Below are positions 40,262-50,235 of a stretch of 64,000 bases of DNA, one piece after another. The notes beneath the pieces are model-generated. The model was not told where the DNA came from and did not search any database. It saw nothing but the letters and a program-made list of their open reading frames with translations. Source of the DNA: an uncultured bacterium (GTDB lineage Bacteria; Oederibacteriota; JAAXVQ01; JAUVAV01); contig CAVQBK010000001.1 of the NCBI GenBank assembly GCA_963710755.1, positions 64,001-128,000 of the forward strand. Reading direction: 5' to 3'. The number at the start of each line of letters is the position of its first letter. Within the stretch, counting starts at the first letter, position 1. Made by a program: the position numbers and the translations under genes.

Positions 40262-41014
40262 ATTAATATCTATCGTATCGATTATGAACACGGAAAATAC
40301 TACGCCCTGTTGGAAGGCGGACATTACCGCATTCTTTCCGGCCATCCTTTTGGGGAATGGTACGCAGAACAGACGACGGTCGCTTTGAAGGCCGTACGTT
40401 TGTGCGCACCGGTGGAGCCGGGTAAGATCATTGCCGTGGGATTGAATTATAAAAGTCATGCCCTGGAAATGGGAATGGCTCTGCCCGAAGAACCATTGAT
40501 TTTCCTCAAACCCAACAGTGCTTTAGCGTCTCCACAAGACGACATTCGCCTGCCGGCTATGAGCCGACAGGTTGATTTTGAAGGGGAACTGGCTGTTGTG
40601 ATAGGGACCAGAGGTAAGGATCTCACGGTGCAGGAGGCCGAAGCGATGATTGCCGGCTATACCCTGGCCAATGATGTTACAGCCAGAGATCTACAGTCCC
40701 GCGACGGCCAATGGACCCGGGCCAAAGGCTTTGACGGCTTTTGCCCGCTTGGCCCTTGCCTGGCCACCGGCCTGGATTGGAAAACCTTGTCCTTTACCAC
40801 CAGCGTCAATGGCATAATCAAACAAACCGGCCAAACCAGTGATTTTGTTTTTGATATTCCCAGCATCGTATCCTTTGTTTCCCGAATCATGACCCTCATG
40901 CCCGGAGACGTCATCTTGACCGGTACTCCTCCGGGTATTGGGCAAGTGCACAGTGGCGACCAGGTGAGCGTGCATTGCGATCAAATTGGCACCCTGACCA
41001 ACCGCTTTGTCTAG
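40262..41014 (+). CDS. Fumarylacetoacetate hydrolase family protein
   Basis: KIIAVGLNY..H, P.IFLKP, DFEGEL, NDVTARDLQ, W.RAKGFD.FCPLGP, PGDVILTGTP; start proposed at ATT 40262 (ORF track gives TTG 40310). Confidence 0.92.
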   Translation: MNIYRIDYEHGKYYALLEGGHYRILSGHPFGEWYAEQTTVALKAVRLCAPVEPGKIIAVGLNYKSHALEMGMALPEEPLIFLKPNSALASPQDDIRLPAMSRQVDFEGELAVVIGTRGKDLTVQEAEAMIAGYTLANDVTARDLQSRDGQWTRAKGFDGFCPLGPCLATGLDWKTLSFTTSVNGIIKQTGQTSDFVFDIPSIVSFVSRIMTLMPGDVILTGTPPGIGQVHSGDQVSVHCDQIGTLTNRFV

Positions 41015-41081
41015 GACTTGAATTCGGAAAGCATTGGAGATGCCCGGGATGCAGCATCTCAAGATATAGGAAAGTAGACGG

Positions 41082-42050
41082 ATGTTTAAATTTATCCTCA
41101 AACGGTTAGTGCTCTCCATTCCAATATTGCTGGGTATCACTATTATCACATTTGCCATTATTCATATCACGCCCGGCGGGTTCAGTTCGGTGCATATGGA
41201 TATGAATCCGAATGTGTCCCCAGATTCCATCGCCCAAATGAAAACGCTCTACGGGCTGGATAAGCCGGTGAGCACCCAATATCTGCAGTGGGTGGGGCGT
41301 TTGTTGCGGCTGGATTTCGGCCGTTCCTTTTTGGACCAGCAGCCCGTGATTGATAAAATCGGTGAGCGTCTCCCCGCTACTTTGTTGCTCAGCGGTATAT
41401 CGCTGATCATGATATTTTTACTGGCTATTCCTCTGGGTGTCTATTCTGCCATGCATCACAACAGCGCTCGCGATAGATGGATTACCGTCACCACCTTTGT
41501 AGGTTATTCGGTGCCCACTTTTTGGCTGGCGCTGTTGTGCATGCTTCTTTTTGGGGTGGTGCTTGATTGGCTGCCCGTATCGGGCATGCGTTCGGTCAAT
41601 CATGATCTGCTGTCGCCAATAGGGCAGGTGGGGGATTATATCAGCCATCTGATCATGCCCGTGTTCATATCTGCATTCGGTGGTGTGGCTTCCATATCGC
41701 GTTACACGCGCAGCAATATGCTGGAAGTGGTGCGCCAGGATTATATCCGCACAGCCCGGGCCAAGGGGCTCTCGAAGAACAAGATTTATTACCGGCATGC
41801 CCTGAAAAATGCCTTGTTGCCGATTGTCACCATTATCGGATTATCCTTACCCGGGCTGATCGGGGGCAGCTTTATTTTCGAGACCATCTTTTCCTGGCCC
41901 GGTATGGGACGGTTGGCCTATGATTCGGCCATGGCTTTTGACTATCCCACCATCATGGGCATTGGCGTGATCGGCGCTGTCCTGACCCTGATGGGCAATA
42001 TCATGGCCGATGTTTTATATGCGGCGGTTGATCCGCGCATTAGATTGTAA
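41082..42050 (+). CDS. Peptide ABC transporter permease (OppB/DppB family)
   Basis: YGLDKP, DFGRS, QDYIRTARAKGL, H.LKNA, DPRIR. Confidence 0.95.
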   Translation: MFKFILKRLVLSIPILLGITIITFAIIHITPGGFSSVHMDMNPNVSPDSIAQMKTLYGLDKPVSTQYLQWVGRLLRLDFGRSFLDQQPVIDKIGERLPATLLLSGISLIMIFLLAIPLGVYSAMHHNSARDRWITVTTFVGYSVPTFWLALLCMLLFGVVLDWLPVSGMRSVNHDLLSPIGQVGDYISHLIMPVFISAFGGVASISRYTRSNMLEVVRQDYIRTARAKGLSKNKIYYRHALKNALLPIVTIIGLSLPGLIGGSFIFETIFSWPGMGRLAYDSAMAFDYPTIMGIGVIGAVLTLMGNIMADVLYAAVDPRIRL

Positions 42051-42119
42051 ATACGGCGATGTAGCAGAAAGGTCCTCTTGCCAAGAAACTTTTATTAGAA
42101 AATAACATCTGGCGATAAT

Positions 42120-42197
42120 CGTCATGCCCGCATGCGCTTAGCCGGAATCCGGGGGGAGTTCTTTCCGCACTCCGCCTAAAACCATGCCGGCGTGCCC
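42120..42197. repeat. Degenerate REP-like palindrome between the permease genes
   Basis: GTCATGCCCGCATG..GCCGGAATCC ... CCGCCTAAAACCATGCCGGCGTG resembles GTCAT(T/G)CCCGC-type REP pairs. Confidence 0.4.
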
Positions 42198-42351
42198 AAG
42201 GTTTGAAAAAAAGACTATGGTTTTATGCACCATGGACGGGATAAAAAACAAGTCAAAAACGATTGAGGTCATTAATCTTTTTGTAACGACCTGTATATCA
42301 CTAATCCCCTAGGTGGATGTGAGCCTGGGGAACGGGGGAGTGCATCGGCCA

Positions 42352-43206
42352 ATGCAATTAACCGGGCAGTTTTTGGAAAAAGTACGCAATCGACCGCTGG
42401 CTATAACCGGAGCTGTGATTGTCGTCTTGCTTCTGCTGACAAGCTTGGCGGCACCATTATTGTCTCCCTATCCACCTGACCAGCAGGACCTGAACCTGCG
42501 TTTAAAGCCGCCCTCGTGGCAACATGTGCTGGGCACCGATGAATACGGCCGCGATGTACTTAGCCGCATGCTTTTTGGTGGCCGGGTGTCCTTGTCCGTG
42601 GGGTTTGTTGCCGTGGGAATATCCTTGGTCATTGGCATTGTGTTAGGTGCCATGGCCGGTTATTTTGGTGGATGGGTGGATCAGGTCATTATGCGGGGTG
42701 TGGATATCGTATTGTGCATTCCTACTTTGTTTTTAATCCTGATGCTCATCGTGTTTGTAGGCCCCAGTTTGTTTAATATCATGGTGATCATCGGGCTCAC
42801 CAGTTGGACCGAGTTGGCGCGGCTGGTGCGGGCTGAATTTTTATCTTTGAAAGAACGCGACTACAGTCAGGCCGCCAAAGCCATGGGGCTGAAGTCTTCC
42901 ACTATTATTTTTAAACATATCCTGCCCAATGCCCTGGCGCCGGTCTTTGTGTCCGCCACCTTCGGCATTGCCGGCGCCATCCTGCTGGAATCCGGACTTA
43001 GCTTTCTGGGATTGGGCGTGCAGCCGCCCATGGCCTCCTGGGGCAACATGCTCACCGCCGGCAAGGATTATATCACGCAAGCCTGGTGGTTGACCCTGAT
43101 GCCCGGCTTGGCCATTTTTATCACGGTGTTGGGCTATAATCTGATGGGAGACGGACTGCGTGATATTCTCGACCCGCGTCTTTCCGAGGGAGAGAACCTT
43201 GGCTGA
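42352..43206 (+). CDS. Peptide ABC transporter permease (OppC/DppC family)
   Basis: H.LGTDEYGRDVLSR, HILPN, LSFLGLG.QPP..SWG, GDGLRD.LDP; start ATG 42352 (ORF from 42313). Confidence 0.95.
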   Translation: MQLTGQFLEKVRNRPLAITGAVIVVLLLLTSLAAPLLSPYPPDQQDLNLRLKPPSWQHVLGTDEYGRDVLSRMLFGGRVSLSVGFVAVGISLVIGIVLGAMAGYFGGWVDQVIMRGVDIVLCIPTLFLILMLIVFVGPSLFNIMVIIGLTSWTELARLVRAEFLSLKERDYSQAAKAMGLKSSTIIFKHILPNALAPVFVSATFGIAGAILLESGLSFLGLGVQPPMASWGNMLTAGKDYITQAWWLTLMPGLAIFITVLGYNLMGDGLRDILDPRLSEGENLG

Positions 43207-44173
43207 AGCACCGGTTTTGGAAGTTCGACAACTGGAAGTTTTGTTTCCCCAGGGTTCGGGATCTTCCCTGAGGATAGTACGTGGTCTTGACTTCGCTCTG
43301 CTGCCGGGCAAGACCCTGGGCATCGTGGGAGAGTCGGGCTCAGGCAAAACCATGACGGCGCTGGCTTTGATGAGCTTGGTGCCCGAGCCGGGCCGGGTTC
43401 AAGGGGAAATCCGGTTGCAACAAAGGGTAATCAGCGGCCTGAAGGAACCGGATTATGAAAAAATACGCGGCGCCGCTCTTTCTATCGTGTTCCAGGATCC
43501 TTCCACCAGCCTCAATCCGGTTATGACCATTGGCCGACAGATGGTGGAAACTATTATTCAGCACCAGCACCTGACCCGCAGCCAAGCCGAGGTGGTGGCA
43601 GTGGAACGGCTAAAGCAGGTGGAGCTCCCTGATCCTCGCAAGCGGATGGACGACTATCCCCATCAATTGTCGGGAGGCATGAAGCAGCGGGTCCTGATTG
43701 CCATGGCCCTGGCCTGTGAACCGGCCTGTGTAATCATGGATGAGCCCACCACGGCCTTGGATGTTACCGTGCAATCACAGCTGCTTGATCTGATCGAAAA
43801 TGTTCAAGTCCAAACAGGGTCGGCTATCATTTTAATCACTCACGACATGGGTATCGTGGCTGAGGTGGCGGATGATATAGCCATTATGTATGCCGGACAA
43901 TTCGTGGAAAAGGGAACCCTTACAGAGGTGCTGCACTCGCCTCGTCATCCCTATACTAATGGACTGCTTCGTTCCATTCCCAAGGGCGGTGATTACAAGC
44001 AACCGCTGAGCACCATTGCCGGCTTGCCACCCAGCCCCTTGAGGCTGCCAACGGGATGCCCCTTTCACCCGCGCTGTCCCAGGGCCATCGCCCGCTGTCG
44101 TATTCAGGAGCCGGTTTTAGAACCGCAAGGGTCACAATTGGTGGCTTGCTGGAATGTGGAGTCAGTATTATGA
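43199..44173 (+). CDS. Peptide ABC transporter ATP-binding protein (OppD/DppD family)
   Basis: [36 protein letters not shown]; TTG start at 43199. Confidence 0.95.
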   Translation: MAEAPVLEVRQLEVLFPQGSGSSLRIVRGLDFALLPGKTLGIVGESGSGKTMTALALMSLVPEPGRVQGEIRLQQRVISGLKEPDYEKIRGAALSIVFQDPSTSLNPVMTIGRQMVETIIQHQHLTRSQAEVVAVERLKQVELPDPRKRMDDYPHQLSGGMKQRVLIAMALACEPACVIMDEPTTALDVTVQSQLLDLIENVQVQTGSAIILITHDMGIVAEVADDIAIMYAGQFVEKGTLTEVLHSPRHPYTNGLLRSIPKGGDYKQPLSTIAGLPPSPLRLPTGCPFHPRCPRAIARCRIQEPVLEPQGSQLVACWNVESVL

Positions 44174-45141
44174 ACGAACCCCTTCTTCAAATTAGAGGAC
44201 TGGGTAAAGATTTTCCGGTTAAAAATAAAGGCTGGCTGGGCAGCAGTGACCGGTTGGTAGCTGTGGATCAAATAGATCTAATTCTGGCTAAAGGTACTTG
44301 TTTGGGTCTGGTGGGGGAATCCGGTTGCGGCAAAACCACCCTGGGCCGTCTCCTATGCCGGTTGGAGACCCCTAGCCGGGGGGCGATTTATTTTAATGGG
44401 CAGCCGATTCATCATCTTCGCGGACGCGCCTTGCGCAACTTGCGCACACAATTTCAGCCGGTATTCCAGGATCCTCTGGGCAGTCTCAATCCCCGTTTCT
44501 CTGTAGCCGAAACCTTGAGGGAGGCTCTAATAAAAAAACGGTCCTCTGCGGATAGCCAAGCCCTGAAAGTCCTGCTCAACCGGGTAGGACTGGATACGGA
44601 AGTATTGGGACGCTACCCCCATCAGCTGTCCGGGGGCCAACGTCAACGCATTGGCATTGCCCGGGCCCTGGCGTTGGAGCCGATTTTGCTGGTGGCTGAT
44701 GAACCGGTCTCCTCTTTGGATGTTTCTATTCAGGCTCAGATATTGAATTTATTACTGGCGTTACAACGGGAATCGGGCTTGAGCATGATCTTTATTTCCC
44801 ATGATTTACGTGTGGTCAGTCATTTGGCCGATGAAGTAGGCGTCATGTACCTGGGACGCATGATGGAACTGGCACCGGTAAGATCTTTATTTGACAAACC
44901 CCGTCATCCCTATACCCAAGCCTTGCTTAAAGCTTTACCACGGTTAAAACCAGGACGGGGCCGGAAACGGGCGGTGTTGATGGGGGATCTGCCTTCGCCG
45001 GTTAATCCCCGTCCTGGCTGCCGATTCTACAGCCGCTGTCCTTTTGGCGACCAGAGGTGTTTGGATTATGAGAATGACTTGTTGATGGCCGGGGAGCACC
45101 ATCAGGTGGCTTGTATAAAATGGAAGGAATTATCAATATAA
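44170..45141 (+). CDS. Peptide ABC transporter ATP-binding protein (OppF/DppF family)
   Basis: GESGCGKTT, LSGGQRQRIGIARAL, DEPVSSLDVSIQAQ; ATG 44170 overlaps the upstream stop. Confidence 0.95.
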   Translation: MNEPLLQIRGLGKDFPVKNKGWLGSSDRLVAVDQIDLILAKGTCLGLVGESGCGKTTLGRLLCRLETPSRGAIYFNGQPIHHLRGRALRNLRTQFQPVFQDPLGSLNPRFSVAETLREALIKKRSSADSQALKVLLNRVGLDTEVLGRYPHQLSGGQRQRIGIARALALEPILLVADEPVSSLDVSIQAQILNLLLALQRESGLSMIFISHDLRVVSHLADEVGVMYLGRMMELAPVRSLFDKPRHPYTQALLKALPRLKPGRGRKRAVLMGDLPSPVNPRPGCRFYSRCPFGDQRCLDYENDLLMAGEHHQVACIKWKELSI

Positions 45142-45180
45142 GCCCGAAGATACCGATACTAACCAACAGGTCAAGACGAG

Positions 45181-46110
45181 GTGATAGGCATTATGGCGGA
45201 AGTGATTTTAATTGCCGAAGATGATCCGCAAATTGTGGAACTACTGAAAATTATTCTGGAAACCAAACAATATGAAATTTGTTGGGCTAAAGACGGGGAA
45301 GAGGCCATGGCTGTGGCCAAAAAAACAAAACCCGATCTGATTCTGCTTGATATCATGATGCCCAAGCTTAATGGTTATGAAGTCATGCATCTGCTCAAGG
45401 AAGACCCTGAACTCAAGGATATCCCCGCCATTTTTTTAACCGCCAAAGGCACGATGGAAGACAAGGTCACAGGGCTGAAAATGGGGAGCCACGATTATAT
45501 TACCAAGCCTTTTGACATTTACGAACTGATTGCACGCGTAGAAGCCGCATTGCGGCTCAAAAACGTGGTGGGGCCGTTTAGAAAACGGGATCGCCGTGCC
45601 AAGGACATACTTTTAGCCGACCCGCTAACTGGGTTATACAACAAACACTATTTTAAAGAGCGTATGCAAGAAGAACTCGGTCGGGCCAAACAGTATAACT
45701 ATCCCATTGCCTGCCTGATGATAGATGTGGATGATTATCAGGTGGTAAAAAATAAATTCGGCGAACTGCCGGCCAACCAAATGCTGCAGCAATTGGCGGT
45801 TTTGTTAAAATACAGCAACCGGGTCGTGGATGTTATCGGCCGCTTAAGCACGGACCGCTTTGTGGCTTGCCTTACCCAGACAGATCAGGGTGGTTTAAAA
45901 GTGTTTGGTGAGCGGCTTCGGGAAAAGATCCAAAGAGCACGCCTGGTCACGGCCGATCCCCAGTTTCAAGTCACCGTATCCCTCGGTGGCGTGGCGTTAA
46001 ACAGTGACACCGAGGGCAAACTGGACTACCTTTTATCCACGGCAGAGGAGATGTTGCGGCAGGCTAAAACCGAGGGTAAAAATCATTTGGTCATTCTTCC
46101 TCAAGCCTGA
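45181..46110 (+). CDS. REC-GGDEF protein with degenerate active site (STDRF)
   Basis: REC domain; DPLTGLYN; RVVD I-site; RLSTDRF in place of RxGGDEF. Confidence 0.9.
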   Translation: MIGIMAEVILIAEDDPQIVELLKIILETKQYEICWAKDGEEAMAVAKKTKPDLILLDIMMPKLNGYEVMHLLKEDPELKDIPAIFLTAKGTMEDKVTGLKMGSHDYITKPFDIYELIARVEAALRLKNVVGPFRKRDRRAKDILLADPLTGLYNKHYFKERMQEELGRAKQYNYPIACLMIDVDDYQVVKNKFGELPANQMLQQLAVLLKYSNRVVDVIGRLSTDRFVACLTQTDQGGLKVFGERLREKIQRARLVTADPQFQVTVSLGGVALNSDTEGKLDYLLSTAEEMLRQAKTEGKNHLVILPQA

Positions 46111-46205
46111 TATTTTTTTTACTCCAACCCGATAAATCCATAAACGGCATGAGGGCTATGCGGAAATAAGCGTTTAATATAAGGCTTTTAATGATATTGA
46201 TTGCC

Positions 46206-46234
46206 TTGACATTAACCACTCGATAAGGTATAGT
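46206..46234 (+). promoter_or_regulatory. Sigma70 promoter of tRNA-Leu
   Basis: TTGACA-N17-TATAGT. Confidence 0.75.
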
Positions 46235-46257
46235 TCCCTGCTATAGGCCAACCTTGG

Positions 46258-46341
46258 GCGAGGATGGTGGAATTGGCAGACACGTACGTTTGAGGGGCGT
46301 ATGGTTAATCCGTGCGGGTTCAAGTCCCGCTCCTCGCACCA
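46258..46341 (+). tRNA. tRNA-Leu(GAG)
   Basis: Acceptor GCGAGGA/TCCTCGC, anticodon arm TACGT-TTGAGGG-GCGTA, long variable arm, GTTCAAG T-loop, encoded CCA. Confidence 0.96.
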
Positions 46342-46563
46342 TGCTAATTCGGCAAAGCCGAATTAGCCCAGCAACACAAATTGAGAATTGAAAAATCAGC
46401 TGCATTTTGTTTTTGCGGTTCTCAATTTGCGATTTATGAAATAAAAATAGGCTTATAGGCTGATCGTCAACCATCTGTTTCCCCCCAACCAAAATCAAAG
46501 ATAGCCCCCGCGTGGAATGGTTTCCATTGGCTGGCAGGGGATAAACAAAAAACAACGGAGGTC

Positions 46564-47499
46564 ATGATGGCCGAAAACATTTTAATTGCGGAAGATGATG
46601 CCAATATTGCCGAGTTGGTTAAGATCATCCTGGAAGCCAAAGGGTATATCACCGACTGGGCCAAGGACGGCGAGGAAGCTTTAAACAAAGCTCAGGAGAT
46701 CATTCCTGATTTAATCTTACTTGATGTCATGATGCCGCGCTTGAACGGATACGAGGTTCTAAAAGCTCTCAAAGAGAACGCGGCTGTTCAACATATCCCT
46801 GTAATTTTTCTCACAGTCAAAGGGGAAACGGACAGCAAGGTGGTGGGCCTGCGCATGGGTGGCCATGACTACATTACCAAACCTTTTGACCTGGATGAAT
46901 TAATCGCCCGGGTGGAAGCGGCCTTGCGCATTAAAGGTGAGCACGATCATTTGCGGGACGTTAACAACCGTCTGGCGGAACTTTCTATGACGGATCCGTT
47001 GACTTCACTCTACAACAAGCGTTATTTAATGGAACGATTTCGTGAGGAAATAGAGCGGGCCAAACGTTATCATTATCCCATTGCCTGCCTGAAAGTCGCC
47101 ATCAATAAATTCAAGCCTGTCAATGATCAATTGGGAGAACTGCAGACCAATCAGATTCTTCAGCAGATTGCCTTAATTATGAAAAATTCCAATCGCGTGG
47201 TGGATATCATTGCTCGTCTGGACGGACCCGAATTTCTACTCATTCTGCCTCAGACCGATCTGGGTGGGGCGGAAACTGTGGCCGGTCGATTGAAAAAAAT
47301 TGTGGAAGAAACACGCTTTATTCGCAACATGCCTGATTTTACAGTGACCATTTCCCTAGGTGCCAGTGCTTATGCCACTGATGAAGTGAACAGCACCGAA
47401 GAATTGTTGGCCACGACAGAGTTTGCTTTGGCTGAAACTCAGAAGTTGGGTGATAATCAGATGATGGCCGTCAGCCCGAAGGGAATGACTAAACCATAA
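46564..47499 (+). CDS. REC-GGDEF protein with degenerate active site (DGPEF)
   Basis: Paralog of 45181-46110; TDPLTSLYN; RVVD I-site; RLDGPEF. Confidence 0.9.
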   Translation: MMAENILIAEDDANIAELVKIILEAKGYITDWAKDGEEALNKAQEIIPDLILLDVMMPRLNGYEVLKALKENAAVQHIPVIFLTVKGETDSKVVGLRMGGHDYITKPFDLDELIARVEAALRIKGEHDHLRDVNNRLAELSMTDPLTSLYNKRYLMERFREEIERAKRYHYPIACLKVAINKFKPVNDQLGELQTNQILQQIALIMKNSNRVVDIIARLDGPEFLLILPQTDLGGAETVAGRLKKIVEETRFIRNMPDFTVTISLGASAYATDEVNSTEELLATTEFALAETQKLGDNQMMAVSPKGMTKP

Positions 47500-49472
47500 T
47501 GACCGTCAAATTACGTCCTACCGGTTGGGAAATCAACGGCCAGAAGCTGCCTTGGATTTGGGGGCAGATCAACTACTGGGACATTGAACGATCCTCATGG
47601 CGCAGCGTGTTGCGTGCTTACAAACACGCCGGTCATGCCGTGGTTTCTACGGCCATTTTACCCCGCATTCATCAAACCGGACCCGGGCAGTATGCTTTCG
47701 GCGCCGGCCATCCTCGCCTGGATTTACAAGAATTTTTACGGGAAGTTCATGACTCTGGCTTGAAGTTGTTTTGTTGGGTTGGCCCCCGCCAAATTCCGGG
47801 CTGTGGCGGAGCTGGTTACCCCGAGGAAATCTGGCAGGAGGAACACGGTCTGGCACGTGATCCCCAACAAGGCATGGTATGGTCCAGTATTGGCCATGGG
47901 CAGGAAATATTTAGTCTGCCCAGTTTGGTTCATCCCCGTTTAAAAGACCTACTCGCCCCTTTTGTTCAAGCCCTGGAACCTGTGCTTAAACCCTTTGTTC
48001 ATCCTGATGGGCCTATTATTGGTTTGGGTCTTACCCAGGCACCGGGTTGGGATAATGCCTTGGGGCCTTATGACGGGGATTATCATCCTGATGTCATCAG
48101 TCTTTATCACTCCTTTTTAAAGAAAAAATACGGACGCATCAGTCTTCTCAACAAATGCTGTTATACCGATTTTGCCGGATTCAAGGAAGTGGAGCCGCCT
48201 GTGAAATGGGTAGGCAGCGCACAGAATGTTGATCAAGCCAGCATGGATTGGATGCAATTTAGGGAGAACTATTTTGTCCGCGCTGCGGAAATGATCCATG
48301 CCCTCTTTCAACCCTTGAGTTTTAATCAAATCCCGATGGTACTGGCCGCTCTACCGGTCAGCACCTCCCCCAATAATTTGACGGAGCTGGAAAAAACACG
48401 CTGTTTTGATTATGTTATGCCTGATCTGACGGAAGGTCCCGCCTCTTTGATGGAAACCCTCAAAGCTTGCGCGGCGCAGACACGGTTCGGCACCTTATTC
48501 AACCTGCTTCTTGGTCAAAATGACGAAGCCAAAGAACAACAAGACTATAGGCTTATGCAGGCCCTGGCCGCAGGTGTTCGAGGTTGGGATGGGCTGAATC
48601 CCGCCGGCAGTGGACCCTATCCAGGATTTTTGGTGAACCGGGAAGGAAAACCTAACCGCTATCATCATGGCTTTTGGCAAATTCTGCGTGATCAGTTGTC
48701 GGGGGAGGGCTTTATGGACAGCCAGCTGCACGCGGACCTGATTCTTTTAACCGATTCGGAGATGGAAAGGGCGTTGGTCTGTCATTACCATGCGCAATCG
48801 ACCAGTGCCGGTCATGATCAAGAATCACCCCTACCCGTGGATCCTGCCACGGCTGCTTATGCACAGCTAATGCAGGACTTGACCACTTTTTTTAAATCCC
48901 ATCACTATCCTATTTTGGCCGCCACCGGGGCTCTGCCCCAAGGCCGTCTGGGCAAGAATCAAGTGGTGGTGGTGCCATGTTGGGAAGGCCTTTCGGAAAA
49001 TATCCAACAGCTGATAAATCAACTGGTTAAGAATGGTCACGAAGTTATTTTATTGGGTTCCTTGCCGGCGGCCAAAGATGAAAGTCAATTTATCCCCCTG
49101 CAAGAACTGGTTACCCTTAAGCCTAAAAGAAGCACTTCGAAAAAGAAAAAAACGGTCAAACAAGGGCAAGCCCATTACCTGGAAACTGTGGATGAAAACA
49201 AGCTTTTACGGCTATTTCAGCAAATTGGGTTGCAACGCAGCGTCATTATTGAAAATGAGGCAGTGGAATTACAATATCATAAATTGAAAAATCGTCTTTT
49301 CATTAGTGTTCATAATCCTCTGTCAGAGGACCTTGAAGTCACCGTACAGCGTCCTGGTAAATTTGTGCTCAAGGATTTTTGGGATAACAATAAATTTCTT
49401 GGCGGCAACAATGAAATCCTGGTGACCTTGGCCGCAGAGAGCGTTAAATTATGGGAGCTGATTCCATGCTAA
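47499..49472 (+). CDS. GH35/GH42 beta-galactosidase-like protein, apparently degenerate
   Basis: N-terminus aligns by eye with GH35 (INGQ...GQINY..I.RSSW...L...K.AG; H...PGQY.F; DL..FL...H..GL....VGP; GYPEE; GPII); YG.I..LN motif. Confidence 0.6.
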   Translation: MTVKLRPTGWEINGQKLPWIWGQINYWDIERSSWRSVLRAYKHAGHAVVSTAILPRIHQTGPGQYAFGAGHPRLDLQEFLREVHDSGLKLFCWVGPRQIPGCGGAGYPEEIWQEEHGLARDPQQGMVWSSIGHGQEIFSLPSLVHPRLKDLLAPFVQALEPVLKPFVHPDGPIIGLGLTQAPGWDNALGPYDGDYHPDVISLYHSFLKKKYGRISLLNKCCYTDFAGFKEVEPPVKWVGSAQNVDQASMDWMQFRENYFVRAAEMIHALFQPLSFNQIPMVLAALPVSTSPNNLTELEKTRCFDYVMPDLTEGPASLMETLKACAAQTRFGTLFNLLLGQNDEAKEQQDYRLMQALAAGVRGWDGLNPAGSGPYPGFLVNREGKPNRYHHGFWQILRDQLSGEGFMDSQLHADLILLTDSEMERALVCHYHAQSTSAGHDQESPLPVDPATAAYAQLMQDLTTFFKSHHYPILAATGALPQGRLGKNQVVVVPCWEGLSENIQQLINQLVKNGHEVILLGSLPAAKDESQFIPLQELVTLKPKRSTSKKKKTVKQGQAHYLETVDENKLLRLFQQIGLQRSVIIENEAVELQYHKLKNRLFISVHNPLSEDLEVTVQRPGKFVLKDFWDNNKFLGGNNEILVTLAAESVKLWELIPC

Positions 49473-50071
49473 ATCCTGGTTTTAAGCTGCTTGATCCTGA
49501 TCCGTCCTTTAGTGAGCGCTTACAGGCCCTGATGCCGCTGGGTAACGGTCTCGATGCCCTGGAAGCCATCAGTGATGATTTGTTACAAAAACACAAAGCG
49601 GTTTTAAATCAACATATCACCAGAGCAGGGATCGTTACCCAAGCCGGACTTTGGCCTGTTCTGCAAGCCCTGGAACCAGACTTGGCGGGGAAGGAACTTA
49701 CCCTCATGGGTCTGCCGTTGGCCAGACTGGCACCACTTTATGGTAGTGTAAAAGAGCCCCTTACCATGCTTTTGGGCATTTTAACAGGTGAAGAAATCTG
49801 GACGGGCATGCTGGCGGGCGTGTCCGAAGGGAGTCTTGATTTTCTGGCCACCCTGCAATGGCTTTGGCAGGAGGAACCGGAACTGGCCAGTAAACAAACC
49901 TTGCAGGATTTTGCGGAATGGCGCCAAGCCGTGGTCAAACGATTCGGCCGAAAAACGGTAGGCCTGTTTATTTATCTCAATGAATTCAAACAATGGCAGC
50001 AACATGGTTTTGCACGGACCAAACTGAACGAGTTCATAGGCCAACAAACGGCCGTGCTTGATTGGTTATAA
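49451..50071 (+). CDS. Hypothetical protein
   Basis: 206-aa ORF overlapping the upstream stop; start possibly 49466. Confidence 0.7.
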   Translation: MGADSMLNPGFKLLDPDPSFSERLQALMPLGNGLDALEAISDDLLQKHKAVLNQHITRAGIVTQAGLWPVLQALEPDLAGKELTLMGLPLARLAPLYGSVKEPLTMLLGILTGEEIWTGMLAGVSEGSLDFLATLQWLWQEEPELASKQTLQDFAEWRQAVVKRFGRKTVGLFIYLNEFKQWQQHGFARTKLNEFIGQQTAVLDWL

Positions 50072-50235
50072 ATCACTTGAACACCTGCGGGAGACCACGT
50101 AAAATGTGTTCCACCTTGCGGTCTGAATCAAGATGAACAGCCGTGAACGGACGGGCAGATTCTCTCTAACGCCGAGGTAAGTGCAAGGCTCTTTTCGCAA
50201 TCTCATAATCATCACTCGCACAAGGGGATAGCATA

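Noticed and set aside
46258-46341. tRNA-Leu as an island integration site
   Set aside because: No duplicated tRNA 3' end noticed in the window and the flanking genes look native
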